From the UHGV virus genome UHGV-0392077: 38,618 nucleotides of DNA. One strand, written 5' to 3'. Source of the DNA: a virus. This document shows positions 1-7,243 of the stretch, piece after piece. The translations under genes were made by a program, and so were the position numbers. Each line of letters starts with the position of its first letter. Positions within the stretch are counted from its first letter, which is position 1. A model generated the notes under the pieces. It saw only the letters and a program-made list of their open reading frames with translations, was not told the origin of the DNA and did not search any database.

Positions 1-194
1 TGCTGGAGAATCCTGAACTGCTGGCGCAGGACGAATACGCGGCTCGTAGCGCGGCGTGGTTCTTCTCCAGCAAAGGTTGCATGAAGTATACCGACGATAT
101 TGCACGTGTAACTCTGATTATCAATGGTGGCCGGAACGGCATTAATGACCGGCGCGCGCGATACATCACTGCCAGTAAGGTGCTGACGGTATGA
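1..194 (+). CDS. endolysin, C-terminal part (GH19/chitinase-like lysozyme); N-terminal part is at 38183..38618
   Basis: Open frame from base 3 to TGA at 192-194 (LENPELLAQDEYAARSAAWFFSSKGCMKYTDDIARVTLIINGGRNGINDRRARYITASKVLTV*). Base 38618 plus bases 1-2 form an in-frame CTG codon, joining it to the ORF that starts at 38183. Confidence 0.8.
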   Translation, partial: LENPELLAQDEYAARSAAWFFSSKGCMKYTDDIARVTLIINGGRNGINDRRARYITASKVLTV

Positions 195-673
195 TCCTGA
201 CATTCGTAAAAGCATATTGGAAACAGTTGATTATCGTGTTGATGCTTGCTGTTCTGGTCATATCAGGAGTTGTTGCCTGGAATATACACGGCAGTCGTCA
301 GTACGACGCTGGGTATGCGCAGGCGAAGGAAGACCGCAAAGCTGAAGATGAGAGAGTTCGTCAGCACTACGAACAGGAGAAAGCGACCAATGAACGTGAA
401 GCTCAGCAGAGGATCGACCAGGCGCGCAATGATGCTCTTGATGCTGCCGCTCGCGCTGGCCGGTTGCAGCAACAACTCTTTGCCATCCGTGAGCAGCTCA
501 GGCAGTATAACGCCATTGTCGGCGCTGGGACGTCAGCCGCAGACACCGGAGTTTTGCTTGCCGACGTGCTCAGCAAATCTCTCGAGAGAAACAGACAACT
601 GGCAGAGTATGCTGACCGGGCAGCCGAAGCCGGAAGAGTCTGCGAAAAACAGTACGACACCCTGACCAGATAG
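191..673 (+). CDS. Rz: Rz-like i-spanin (inner-membrane spanin)
   Basis: ATG 191 overlaps the endolysin stop (ATGA). N-terminal TM helix (LIIVLMLAVLVISGVVAW) followed by a charged, coiled-coil-like periplasmic domain, with an embedded +1-frame lipoprotein gene: the classic Rz/Rz1 arrangement. Confidence 0.8.
   Translation: MILTFVKAYWKQLIIVLMLAVLVISGVVAWNIHGSRQYDAGYAQAKEDRKAEDERVRQHYEQEKATNEREAQQRIDQARNDALDAAARAGRLQQQLFAIREQLRQYNAIVGAGTSAADTGVLLADVLSKSLERNRQLAEYADRAAEAGRVCEKQYDTLTR
429..665 (+). CDS. Rz1: Rz1-like o-spanin (outer-membrane lipoprotein), embedded in the +1 frame of Rz
   Basis: ATG at 429 in the frame of ORF 246..665. Signal peptide MMLLMLPLALAGC with lipobox LAG|C, then a Pro/Ser-rich mature part. 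Only the distal part of the long ORF is taken as the gene. Confidence 0.7.
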   Translation: MMLLMLPLALAGCSNNSLPSVSSSGSITPLSALGRQPQTPEFCLPTCSANLSRETDNWQSMLTGQPKPEESAKNSTTP

Positions 674-846
674 CATGGCATTTTTCATGGTACTGATTTC
701 CGGTGACGGTATATAAAACGGTACGAGAAAAATTTATCTTTGGAAAAATGTTATCACTCAATTGGTTATGTTATCCGTAAATAATTGAGTGGGAATGATT
801 AACAGCTAACTCATAGCAAGTCATTCCTATTCAGATACTAACTCAA

Positions 847-878
847 CCCTCTGTTTTTACAGAGGGTTTTTGTTTTTA
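847..878 (+). terminator. rho-independent terminator ending the late/lysis operon
   Basis: Stem CCCTCTG (847-853), loop TTTTTA, stem CAGAGGG (860-866), then T-run TTTTTGTTTTT. Confidence 0.6.
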
Positions 879-933
879 TGTATTCATTTCTATTCACTCT
901 ACACCATATTTTTCGGCGGTACAGGTGACGGTA

Positions 934-948
934 TTACCTTAAAGGTAT
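934..948. promoter_or_regulatory. operator-like palindrome TTACC-ttaaa-GGTAT (imperfect copy)
   Basis: Matches the dispersed TTACC-N5-GGTAA motif; lies 43 bp upstream of the int start. Confidence 0.4.
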
Positions 949-990
949 ACTCTCATACCGTCATGAAAATGGTTTCTATACGGGTGAATT

Positions 991-2241
991 GTGCTTACCG
1001 ATACAAAATTAAAAAACCTCAAGCCGCAGGACAAACTGTACAAGGTCTCCGATCGTGACGGGCTGTATGTAGCTGTGCTTACGTCAGGCACGGTCTCGTT
1101 TCGCTACGACTACCGTATCAACGGTCGCCGCGAAACGCTGGTAATCGGGCAGTATGGGCGTGACGGTATCAGCCTGGCAGAAGCGCGAGAAGAACTGATT
1201 GCTGCAAAGAAGCTGCTTAAAGCAGGCCAGTCACCGGCTGCGGCTAAACGTGACGGTATCAAAAAGATTCGTGGTGCCGAGACGTTTGCGGTACATACCG
1301 ACAGTTATATGAAACACGTCATCCTGGCTGACAGTACCCGCGCAATGAAACAGGCGGTGATCGACCGTGACATACTTCCGGTTCTTGGCAATAAAATGAT
1401 GGCTGAAATTACCACATCGATGGTTCGTGATTTGTGTGACCGGATTGTCGAACGCGGTGGCCGGGCAACAGCAGTGCAGGCCAGGGAGATCATCAGTAGC
1501 GTATACCGTCACGCCAATGACCGTGGTCATGGTTTGTTTAATCCTGCGGCTGACATTAAACCTTCGTCTATCGCCATATTTAAACCACGAGAGCGAACAC
1601 TGACACCAGAAGAAATTGGCCTGTTCTTCCGCACGCTGGATGCCATTGGTGCTATGGGCACTATGAAAATGGCTTTAAAACTGGTGCTTATCACTATGGT
1701 TCGTAAGGGCGAATTCACCAATGCAACGTGGGATGAAATAGATTTTAAAAAATGGACATGGACAATTCCTTCAGACCGCATGAAAGGAAGCCGGGCGCAC
1801 GTTATTTACCTGCCTAAACAGGCACAGGATATATTGGTCGGGTTGCAGATGTGCGCTGGTGGAAGTGAATATCTGGTTCCTGGTCGTTACAACTTCCGGA
1901 AGCCATTATCTAATGCCGCGCTGAACTCTCTGATCGACAGAACGGTGAAAATAATAAATGAAGATGGTGAGCATATTCAGGACTTCACCGTACACGATAT
2001 GCGCCGTACAGCCAGTACGTTGTTGCATGAGGCTGGTTATCCTTCAGACTGGATTGAAAAGGCTCTGGCACATGAGCAGAAAGGTGTGCGCGCCGTATAT
2101 AACAAAGCGGAATACGCCAGACAGCGCGCCTACATGTTGCAGCAGTGGGCCGATATGATTGATTCCTGGATTAACGGGGAGCATACGGATCTGATTCCGT
2201 TCTCCCCGTCGAAGTTTGAGAAGTGGATGGCGGGGGAATAA
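991..2241 (+). CDS. int: tyrosine integrase (P4-type, N-terminal arm-binding domain)
   Basis: 416 aa from GTG 991. N-terminus LYKVSDRDGLYVAV...VSFRYDYRINGRRETLVIGQYG resembles the P4-type integrase N-terminal domain; C-terminus carries the catalytic signature HDMRRTASTLLHEAGY...VRAVYNKAEY (H-x-x-R ... Y). Confidence 0.9.
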   Translation: MLTDTKLKNLKPQDKLYKVSDRDGLYVAVLTSGTVSFRYDYRINGRRETLVIGQYGRDGISLAEAREELIAAKKLLKAGQSPAAAKRDGIKKIRGAETFAVHTDSYMKHVILADSTRAMKQAVIDRDILPVLGNKMMAEITTSMVRDLCDRIVERGGRATAVQAREIISSVYRHANDRGHGLFNPAADIKPSSIAIFKPRERTLTPEEIGLFFRTLDAIGAMGTMKMALKLVLITMVRKGEFTNATWDEIDFKKWTWTIPSDRMKGSRAHVIYLPKQAQDILVGLQMCAGGSEYLVPGRYNFRKPLSNAALNSLIDRTVKIINEDGEHIQDFTVHDMRRTASTLLHEAGYPSDWIEKALAHEQKGVRAVYNKAEYARQRAYMLQQWADMIDSWINGEHTDLIPFSPSKFEKWMAGE

Positions 2242-2244
2242 CGT

Positions 2245-2439
2245 TTAATTATTCTGCTGATTTTCTTCCATCTCGGCTTCTGCTGCCAGTGATTCAATTT
2301 TGTCTGCGAATATTGCTGACAGCGTTGCAAATTCAGCATCAGTGACAGCGGGAATCGGAACAAACCTGATCCCGCTGTGTGCAAGCATGTTTGCAGTTTC
2401 AAGGCATTTCCTTAAATCTGCTGGTGATGCCCTGTTCAT
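2245..2439 (-). CDS. hypothetical small protein (64 aa)
   Basis: ATG at 2439 overlaps the stop of the upstream methyltransferase gene (ATGA overlap), suggesting translational coupling; convergent with int with a 3-nt gap. No recognisable motif. Confidence 0.4.
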   Translation of the reverse strand: MNRASPADLRKCLETANMLAHSGIRFVPIPAVTDAEFATLSAIFADKIESLAAEAEMEENQQNN

Positions 2440-3086
2440 GCTGCACGCTCCCGCCCCTGGTTGTCTGTTGGTGACAGCGGAGCATTGCTGAATGCATTTG
2501 TTAATCCGCCAATATCCAACGCGTATCCGGGGTGTAGTTGCACTGCCGGGTCTTCGCACTGATTACCCCAAACATCGAAGCCATGAGACGACTGGCGGGC
2601 GAACAGTTCAATGCGAGAAACATCGCCTAACAATTGCACAAGTTTTTCACGAACGACATCTGGTTTTCTTGAATGCTCAAGCCGCGGTGCCGTAAATGAC
2701 TGAACGATCCCTGCATTAATGCGCGGAGGTAGTTTTCCCTTTACTGCAAACAGGCAATCTTCACTATTGGCGCGAGTCATGTGACCCATACCCATAACCA
2801 GTTTATCTGGTTGTCGACTACCACATTTTATCCACGTGAATCCCTTCATGGTCATCAGACGGAACCCCCAGGCTTCAACAACTTTTAGTGCTTCGAGTGG
2901 TTGTGTTGGCACCCACCACATGGCCAACAGACAGTTTTCATCGGCCAAATCCCACACAGGAAGGCGGCAGATGTCCAGCACACTCATAACCGGATATTTA
3001 AAACCGGCACCGCGATTACCATCTGCGGCTTTGTCCCGGTATACCCAGGGTGGATCTGCATAGATTAGTGTGTATTTCTTAGTCAT
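2436..3086 (-). CDS. MT-A70 family DNA N6-adenine methyltransferase
   Basis: Contains YADPPWVY (the DPPW catalytic motif of MT-A70-type adenine methyltransferases). ATG at 3086 preferred over GTG at 3098. Confidence 0.8.
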   Translation of the reverse strand: MTKKYTLIYADPPWVYRDKAADGNRGAGFKYPVMSVLDICRLPVWDLADENCLLAMWWVPTQPLEALKVVEAWGFRLMTMKGFTWIKCGSRQPDKLVMGMGHMTRANSEDCLFAVKGKLPPRINAGIVQSFTAPRLEHSRKPDVVREKLVQLLGDVSRIELFARQSSHGFDVWGNQCEDPAVQLHPGYALDIGGLTNAFSNAPLSPTDNQGRERAA

Positions 3087-3378
3087 AAACCACCCCACAA
3101 CATCCTATGCCGCTATAGTCGCCACGGCGAAGGCCGTTACCTTTTGTGATACATTGGTCCCTGCGAACCGCGATCCTCGCACGCTCAACATCACCAGAAG
3201 CAACATCCATACACTGAAGCCAAAGGTGAGCGGCAATGCGGAACTGCCCTTTTTTCTCTCTTTCAATCGCGCGTTTTTCGATCTCTATCGCCGCAGGAGT
3301 AACGGCGACAATCTTTGACGGACTGCGCATTGAAACCTTGTTCATGTGATATTTTTCAAGTCGGCTTAACTTTTTCAC
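3079..3378 (-). CDS. hypothetical protein
   Basis: ORF with GTG start at 3378 (SD-like GAGGG upstream) or ATG at 3345; its stop overlaps the methyltransferase start. No recognisable motif. Confidence 0.45.
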   Translation of the reverse strand: MKKLSRLEKYHMNKVSMRSPSKIVAVTPAAIEIEKRAIEREKKGQFRIAAHLWLQCMDVASGDVERARIAVRRDQCITKGNGLRRGDYSGIGCCGVVYD

Positions 3379-3487
3379 TTAATCCAACCCTCTCTGAAAA
3401 TTAATGCCAGCAGATAAAGCCATGCTGAAACAGAGGCCAGGAATAAGTACCATCCTGACCATTTGCTCCAGTGCCTTAGCAGCACAC

Positions 3488-3736
3488 TCATGCAGCGTTG
3501 CTCACAGGACGATATACACGTTGCTGAACAGGAGGCTTTTTACCCTGGAACTCTGCCGGGCTTGCTGCCTGACGTTCATCAAGCCAACGCTCAACTTCAT
3601 CACGGTTCCATGCGCAGCGTTTGTCAGTGATATACCAGCGTTTAGGAAATTCCCCTGCGCGCTCCATGCGGTCGATAGTGCTCCATGACAGTGGCACCAC
3701 CGCCAGGAGTTCCTTCTTACCTAATGCACCTTTCAT
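3488..3736 (-). CDS. AlpA-family excisionase / transcriptional regulator
   Basis: 82 aa; LSWSTIDRMERAGEFPKRWYI...RCAWNRDEVERWL resembles AlpA/Xis-type winged-HTH proteins that partner P4-type integrases. SD GAGG 7 nt upstream of ATG 3736. Confidence 0.7.
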   Translation of the reverse strand: MKGALGKKELLAVVPLSWSTIDRMERAGEFPKRWYITDKRCAWNRDEVERWLDERQAASPAEFQGKKPPVQQRVYRPVSNAA

Positions 3737-3785
3737 AAATACCTCTCTTGGTTGCAGTGCGGCGCGCGTGGCGCCGCGGTGGTGG

Positions 3786-4703
3786 TTACATAGATGTTTC
3801 GTTTAATTCTTCCCGACGAACGCTGTAAACGTCGGTGGCTTTTGCCAGCAGTTCGTCATCATCTGAAAGTTTTTGTGCAATGTATTTGTAAGCTTTATCC
3901 AGTTCGGAGACAGTGCTGTAATTCATCGCTGCGCTGGTAAAGGCCATCAGCATTTCTTCTGGATCACGGCTATCCGCTTTACGCGTTTGCTCATCAGGCT
4001 TTTTCACTTGTTTAGCGTTGATCAGACTGTTCATGCTGGATGCTGTGCCGTGCTTTGCCTGACTTCTTGGAGTTACGTCACGTTCAATAATGTCAGGTGA
4101 GTCGATATATTTACCTTCCATTTCCTCAGCTGTGGCTTGTTGACCAATCTCCGGCCATGCTTTACGTAATGCCTGTGCCTCTGCGCATTTTGCCAACTGC
4201 GCATAAGGGCGCTTTTTCCACATGGCATTTGGTGCCGATGTGTCACGCCCCCCAGTTGCATAGTTCTCAATCCAGTATTCTTTGGCGCTAAACTCTACGA
4301 TTTCCCCGCTTGCCATTCGCTTGCTGACGGTGTACTTACACCACTGAGGGAAGGTAACCTCCACGCCTGAAAGCGTTTGTGTTACATCTGGACCGAACTC
4401 AGGTTCATTAGCGCCTGCGTAATCGCCGGAACGGTAGGCCTGAATGCGATAAAGTCCAATGCCAGGCATGACCACGTCGCGCCATTCATTCTTTCCACTC
4501 TTCGAGTCTTTAACACTCATTGGTACCAGGTGTACCGGCTTAAGAAGAGGATCGAGTTGACGCGCACGGCAGTAATCGACTGCCATCATTACCGATTCAT
4601 CTTTTGCCCCAGGGTAAATACTGTTTTTCAGAGCGCTCCATGTAACTTCATCGATTCCCCGAATAGCCAACACATCATTGGTGATTGCAATTTCGTTGCT
4701 CAT
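3786..4703 (-). CDS. recT: RecT/Redbeta-family single-strand annealing protein
   Basis: AMWKKRPYAQLAKCAEAQALRKAWPE fits the W..M..K.A...A.R.A.P pattern of the RecT family. ATG 4703 overlaps the stop of the upstream exonuclease gene (ATGA); the ORF track start at 4730 is probably an N-terminal over-extension. Confidence 0.7.
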   Translation of the reverse strand: MSNEIAITNDVLAIRGIDEVTWSALKNSIYPGAKDESVMMAVDYCRARQLDPLLKPVHLVPMSVKDSKSGKNEWRDVVMPGIGLYRIQAYRSGDYAGANEPEFGPDVTQTLSGVEVTFPQWCKYTVSKRMASGEIVEFSAKEYWIENYATGGRDTSAPNAMWKKRPYAQLAKCAEAQALRKAWPEIGQQATAEEMEGKYIDSPDIIERDVTPRSQAKHGTASSMNSLINAKQVKKPDEQTRKADSRDPEEMLMAFTSAAMNYSTVSELDKAYKYIAQKLSDDDELLAKATDVYSVRREELNETSM

Positions 4704-5521
4704 ACGTACATATCCTGTTTGCGTGCCCACTCAGGGCGTTTAATAATTTCCACGCCGCCCCATTCATCGCTGATGCGGCATTCGTGATAGGTATTCAGAT
4801 CCCGGCGGAACAGAGCGTGCCCGGCATCGACATCCGGCGCATCCAGCTCGAACACGCGTACTGGATACCGACCACAATCAATGCTTTCGCTCACGGCAAG
4901 AAAGAAAAAACCATGCGGCTGACCAGTAACCCTCATTGCGCCTTCGCGGTACATTGCGTCCTGCACGTGGTAGCGGAATTCCTCGATGTGGCGTGCAAAA
5001 CGGTCCATATCTGCAACCTTTTTCACGTCGACGATCACGTTGTGCTCGTTCAGCCATTTGTCTGGACGAATGCGGCACAACTCACCAGTATCTTCATCGT
5101 TCCAGTACATTGATGCTTCGCAGTAACCAGGTGCTTCCAGCATCCAGCGTGCCGCCGGGTGAGCCATTGCGCTATCACGCATCAGCTCCAGTTTCCGCCA
5201 CTGCTCGGCATCAAGTACCGTAATCCCCATATCCGCCACATCACGAAGAAATGCCTCTTCGTCAGCTTTACCTTGTTTCGTCCGACGTTCGAATTTCGGT
5301 GAAACAATGAAGCGTTTGTCGAACTCTCCAGGCTCCAGAAGCAGACAGTGCAATGCGGTTCCCATATCCAGTGCAGACTTTTTCTCTTCGTCTTCTGGTG
5401 CTGCCTGAACCCATTTAAGAAGCGCCGGATTCTTGGCAACCATGTCCAGTTGCGATTTACTCACGCCGTCACCGGCGTGGTAGTCTTCGTTGCTGATGTC
5501 GAAATAAATTCCCGCTTTCAT
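4700..5521 (-). CDS. RecE-like 5'-3' exonuclease (PD-(D/E)xK superfamily), partner of the annealase
   Basis: 273 aa; N-terminus GIYFDISNEDYHAGDGVSKSQL resembles RecE/exonuclease VIII-type domains; sits directly upstream of and is translationally coupled to the RecT-like gene. Confidence 0.6.
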   Translation of the reverse strand: MKAGIYFDISNEDYHAGDGVSKSQLDMVAKNPALLKWVQAAPEDEEKKSALDMGTALHCLLLEPGEFDKRFIVSPKFERRTKQGKADEEAFLRDVADMGITVLDAEQWRKLELMRDSAMAHPAARWMLEAPGYCEASMYWNDEDTGELCRIRPDKWLNEHNVIVDVKKVADMDRFARHIEEFRYHVQDAMYREGAMRVTGQPHGFFFLAVSESIDCGRYPVRVFELDAPDVDAGHALFRRDLNTYHECRISDEWGGVEIIKRPEWARKQDMYV

Positions 5522-5817
5522 GCCGCGTCCCTCTGCCCATCAATCTGATCAGCCAGATCCCAGCGGGCGATAATTGCCATTGCCTCGCGACGGTAGGCAT
5601 CCATCAGTTCTTCGAACTCAGGGCTGTCTTTAGCAGCCTCCAGTACTTCCTGACGAACGCCTTTGCCTGTTACAACGTCGAAAGTTGAGGACAGTTGATG
5701 AAGTCGGATGCTCTCAATCAGTTCAACTTGTCGGTCATATAGCTGTTCTGACAGGCGGTAGTCCTTGTCGAATGCCAGCATGATTTTTTGAAGATTTTTC
5801 TGCTGATTAACGTTCAT
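5518..5817 (-). CDS. hypothetical protein (99 aa), in the Gam-like position upstream of the exonuclease
   Basis: ATG at 5817 preceded by GGGAGGG; stop overlaps the exonuclease start. No recognisable motif. Confidence 0.5.
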   Translation of the reverse strand: MNVNQQKNLQKIMLAFDKDYRLSEQLYDRQVELIESIRLHQLSSTFDVVTGKGVRQEVLEAAKDSPEFEELMDAYRREAMAIIARWDLADQIDGQRDAA

Positions 5818-5819
5818 TA

Positions 5820-5972
5820 TCAGCCCTCCCATATCTCGTTATCGTTGGCTACATCGCGAGCTTCTTTGCTGACGAAAGCCCACTTAATGCCTTCCTGTAA
5901 GGTGCGGAACTTCCAGCTCATGAATCCGCATGCAGTAACGCAGTACCAACCGTTGATGATTTTCCACTGCAT
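5820..5972 (-). CDS. small hypothetical protein (50 aa), first ORF of the leftward operon
   Basis: Hand-translated: MQWKIINGWYCVTACGFMSWKFRTLQEGIKWAFVSKEARDVANDNEIWEG*. GAGGT 9 nt upstream of ATG 5972. Below the ORF-track size cut-off. Confidence 0.3.
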   Translation of the reverse strand: MQWKIINGWYCVTACGFMSWKFRTLQEGIKWAFVSKEARDVANDNEIWEG

Positions 5973-5991
5973 AACTTGTTACCTCGGTCTG

Positions 5992-6006
5992 TTACCGTTG
6001 AGGTAA
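5992..6006. promoter_or_regulatory. operator-like palindrome TTACC-gttga-GGTAA
   Basis: Perfect half-sites; between the leftward promoter candidate and the first leftward ORF. Confidence 0.5.
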
Positions 6007-6034
6007 TGATTATGCGTATCTGGTTTGATGTCAA
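6007..6034 (-). promoter_or_regulatory. candidate leftward early promoter (PL-like)
   Basis: Minus strand reads TTGACA (6034..6029) followed by CATAAT-like -10 (6014..6009); spacer is only about 14-16 nt, so exact hexamers are uncertain. Flanked by two operator palindromes. Confidence 0.35.
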
Positions 6035-6053
6035 TAGATATGAGTTAAAAAAA

Positions 6054-6068
6054 TTACCCATAAGGTAA
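6054..6068. promoter_or_regulatory. operator-like palindrome ATTACC-cataa-GGTAAT
   Basis: Perfect 17-bp palindrome (6053-6069). Confidence 0.5.
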
Positions 6069-6079
6069 TCGCATAGGCA

Positions 6080-6105
6080 ATAAAAAAGCCGCCATGAGGC
6101 GGCTT
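6080..6105 (-). terminator. rho-independent terminator of the repressor gene
   Basis: Minus strand: AGCCGCC-TCAT-GGCGGCT followed by TTTTTTATT. Confidence 0.6.
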
Positions 6106-6125
6106 ACTTACTGAAAAATATGATT

Positions 6126-6710
6126 TTATTGTTTGCTTTTTTCGTTCTGGTTGATGACAAATTCAATGTAACTTTCGATCTTTGCCTTCTCTGTTTCAGG
6201 TAACAATGCGTAGCGCGAGCGATCATAGTTGATAGTCGCAGGGTCGTGCGGGTGAATCAGTAATTCATAGCCGTGACGCCCGAATGCGGATGCAACATTC
6301 TCCAGGGTGGAAATGGAAACGCTGACTTCATTGTTTAACAGGCGGCTGATTGTCACCTGGGCGACGCCGGATGCGCGGTGAAGTTTTCCCTGTGTTGAAA
6401 GGTCGCGGCTTTCGCTCATCCAGCGTTCCAGGTTGTGAGCCGCCAGCTGACCAATGTCGCTTGGGCCGACAGGCTGAAACCCCTCCTGAGAAAGCGAGCG
6501 ATCGATATCAAGCCAGTTACGGGGTTTATTGGCGGCAGCTTCAATTTTTCGCGCAACCTGGTCGCCGATAACCTTCTTGCCAAGAGCCCAGCGGTTTACC
6601 AGATTTGCCTGAGTTCCAAGTTTTTCTGCCATCCGCGTCTGAACACCATTGAATTCACGGTCGATCAAGTCGTTGAGATTTTGCCTGCGGACGTCCTGGA
6701 TACTTTTCAT
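6126..6710 (-). CDS. phage repressor (CI-like), two HTH-like segments, no S24 peptidase domain
   Basis: 194 aa; HTH-like segments GVQTRMAEKLGTQANLVNRWALGKK and GVAQVTISRLLNNE; no Ser/Lys autoprotease signature. Divergent from the Cro-like gene across an operator cluster. Confidence 0.65.
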   Translation of the reverse strand: MKSIQDVRRQNLNDLIDREFNGVQTRMAEKLGTQANLVNRWALGKKVIGDQVARKIEAAANKPRNWLDIDRSLSQEGFQPVGPSDIGQLAAHNLERWMSESRDLSTQGKLHRASGVAQVTISRLLNNEVSVSISTLENVASAFGRHGYELLIHPHDPATINYDRSRYALLPETEKAKIESYIEFVINQNEKSKQ

Positions 6711-6765
6711 TTTCTGGAAAATCGCCTCATATATGAATCAGTAGATGATTCAATTTAAAGCAATA

Positions 6766-6780
6766 TTACCCAACAGGTAA
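6766..6780. promoter_or_regulatory. operator-like palindrome TTACC-caaca-GGTAA (site 1 of the divergent-promoter cluster)
   Basis: Perfect half-sites in the repressor/cro intergenic region. Confidence 0.55.
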
Positions 6781-6782
6781 AT

Positions 6783-6797
6783 GCACCTCATAGGTAA
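6783..6797. promoter_or_regulatory. operator-like variant GCACC-tcata-GGTAA (site 2)
   Basis: Right half-site perfect, left half degenerate; a near-identical GCACC-tcaaa-GGTAA occurs at 7151-7165. Confidence 0.4.
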
Positions 6798-6803
6798 CTA
6801 TCC

Positions 6804-6835
6804 TTGATTTTTGTTACCTTATGGGTGAATATTTA
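6804..6835 (+). promoter_or_regulatory. candidate rightward early promoter (PR-like)
   Basis: TTGATT at 6804-6809, then an A/T-rich -10 candidate around 6828-6835; operator site 3 lies in the spacer. Confidence 0.35.
6814..6828. promoter_or_regulatory. operator-like palindrome TTACC-ttatg-GGTGA (site 3)
   Basis: Same TTACCTTAnnGGTGAAT variant as the site at 9115-9129. Confidence 0.5.
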
Positions 6836-6864
6836 TTATCTGAAATAAATATCAGGCAATAGCT

Positions 6865-7095
6865 ATGAGCGATAACGGACATTTCGATTTCAAAAAGCAC
6901 TGGCTTGCACTTACTCCGGATGAGCGTGAAGCCTTCGCACAGGAAGCCGGAACGACGAGTCACTATATCCAGACTCACTTAACAGGTAAGCGCAAAATGC
7001 CAGGTAAAGTATTGATGAATGGGCTTTTTAAAGCCTGTAAAACAAGACAATGGCTGCGCTCAAAAGCAGAACTGGCATACTTCTTCTACTCATGA
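6865..7095 (+). CDS. Cro-like HTH DNA-binding protein (putative)
   Basis: 76 aa, first gene of the rightward operon, divergent from the repressor; segment EREAFAQEAGTTSHYIQTHLTGKR is HTH-like. Confidence 0.5.
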   Translation: MSDNGHFDFKKHWLALTPDEREAFAQEAGTTSHYIQTHLTGKRKMPGKVLMNGLFKACKTRQWLRSKAELAYFFYS

Positions 7096-7116
7096 TATCC
7101 AGCTACAACCCTCTGT

Positions 7117-7142
7117 AGACCGCCACCTGGCGGTCTTTTCAT
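7117..7142 (+). terminator. rho-independent terminator after the Cro-like gene (tR1-like)
   Basis: AGACCGCC-ACCT-GGCGGTCT followed by TTTTC. Confidence 0.5.
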
Positions 7143-7150
7143 ATCTATTC

Positions 7151-7165
7151 GCACCTCAAAGGTAA
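7151..7165. promoter_or_regulatory. operator-like variant GCACC-tcaaa-GGTAA
   Basis: Near-identical to the variant at 6783-6797; immediately downstream of the terminator. Confidence 0.35.
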
Positions 7166-7243
7166 TAAAAAACCAAATCTGGTTGATCAAATTTTCCAAT
7201 TGTGCAAAATATCCAATATCAATAACAAAAAGGGGCGGAAAAA

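Larger units (their letters stand above)
674..990. promoter_or_regulatory. candidate attP / integrase regulatory region
   Basis: 317-bp non-coding stretch between the lysis cassette and int. 11-bp direct repeat GGTGACGGTAT at 702-712 and 924-934 (possible Int arm-type sites); inverted repeat TGACGGTA (926-933) / TACCGTCA (956-963); one TTACC-N5-GGTAT site at 934-948. Confidence 0.3.

Noticed and set aside
246-428. Proximal part of the long +1-frame ORF 246..665 inside Rz
   Set aside because: Only the distal part starting at the lipoprotein signal peptide (ATG 429) makes biological sense as Rz1; the upstream part is basic read-through with no signal peptide.
870-1058. ORF 870..1058 (+) overlapping the attP-like region and the int start
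   Set aside because: Overlaps the terminator, repeats and the beginning of the integrase gene in another frame; no ribosome-binding site.
3757-3775. GC-rich palindrome GCGGCGC-GCGTG-GCGCCGC between the annealase and AlpA-like genes
   Set aside because: No adjacent T-tract; it sits in the 5' leader of the AlpA-like gene and may be an RNA structure, but there is too little evidence to call it a feature.
5788-6006. ORF 5788..6006 (+)
   Set aside because: Antisense to the leftward operon's first ORF and to the PL-like promoter and operator; no supporting signals.
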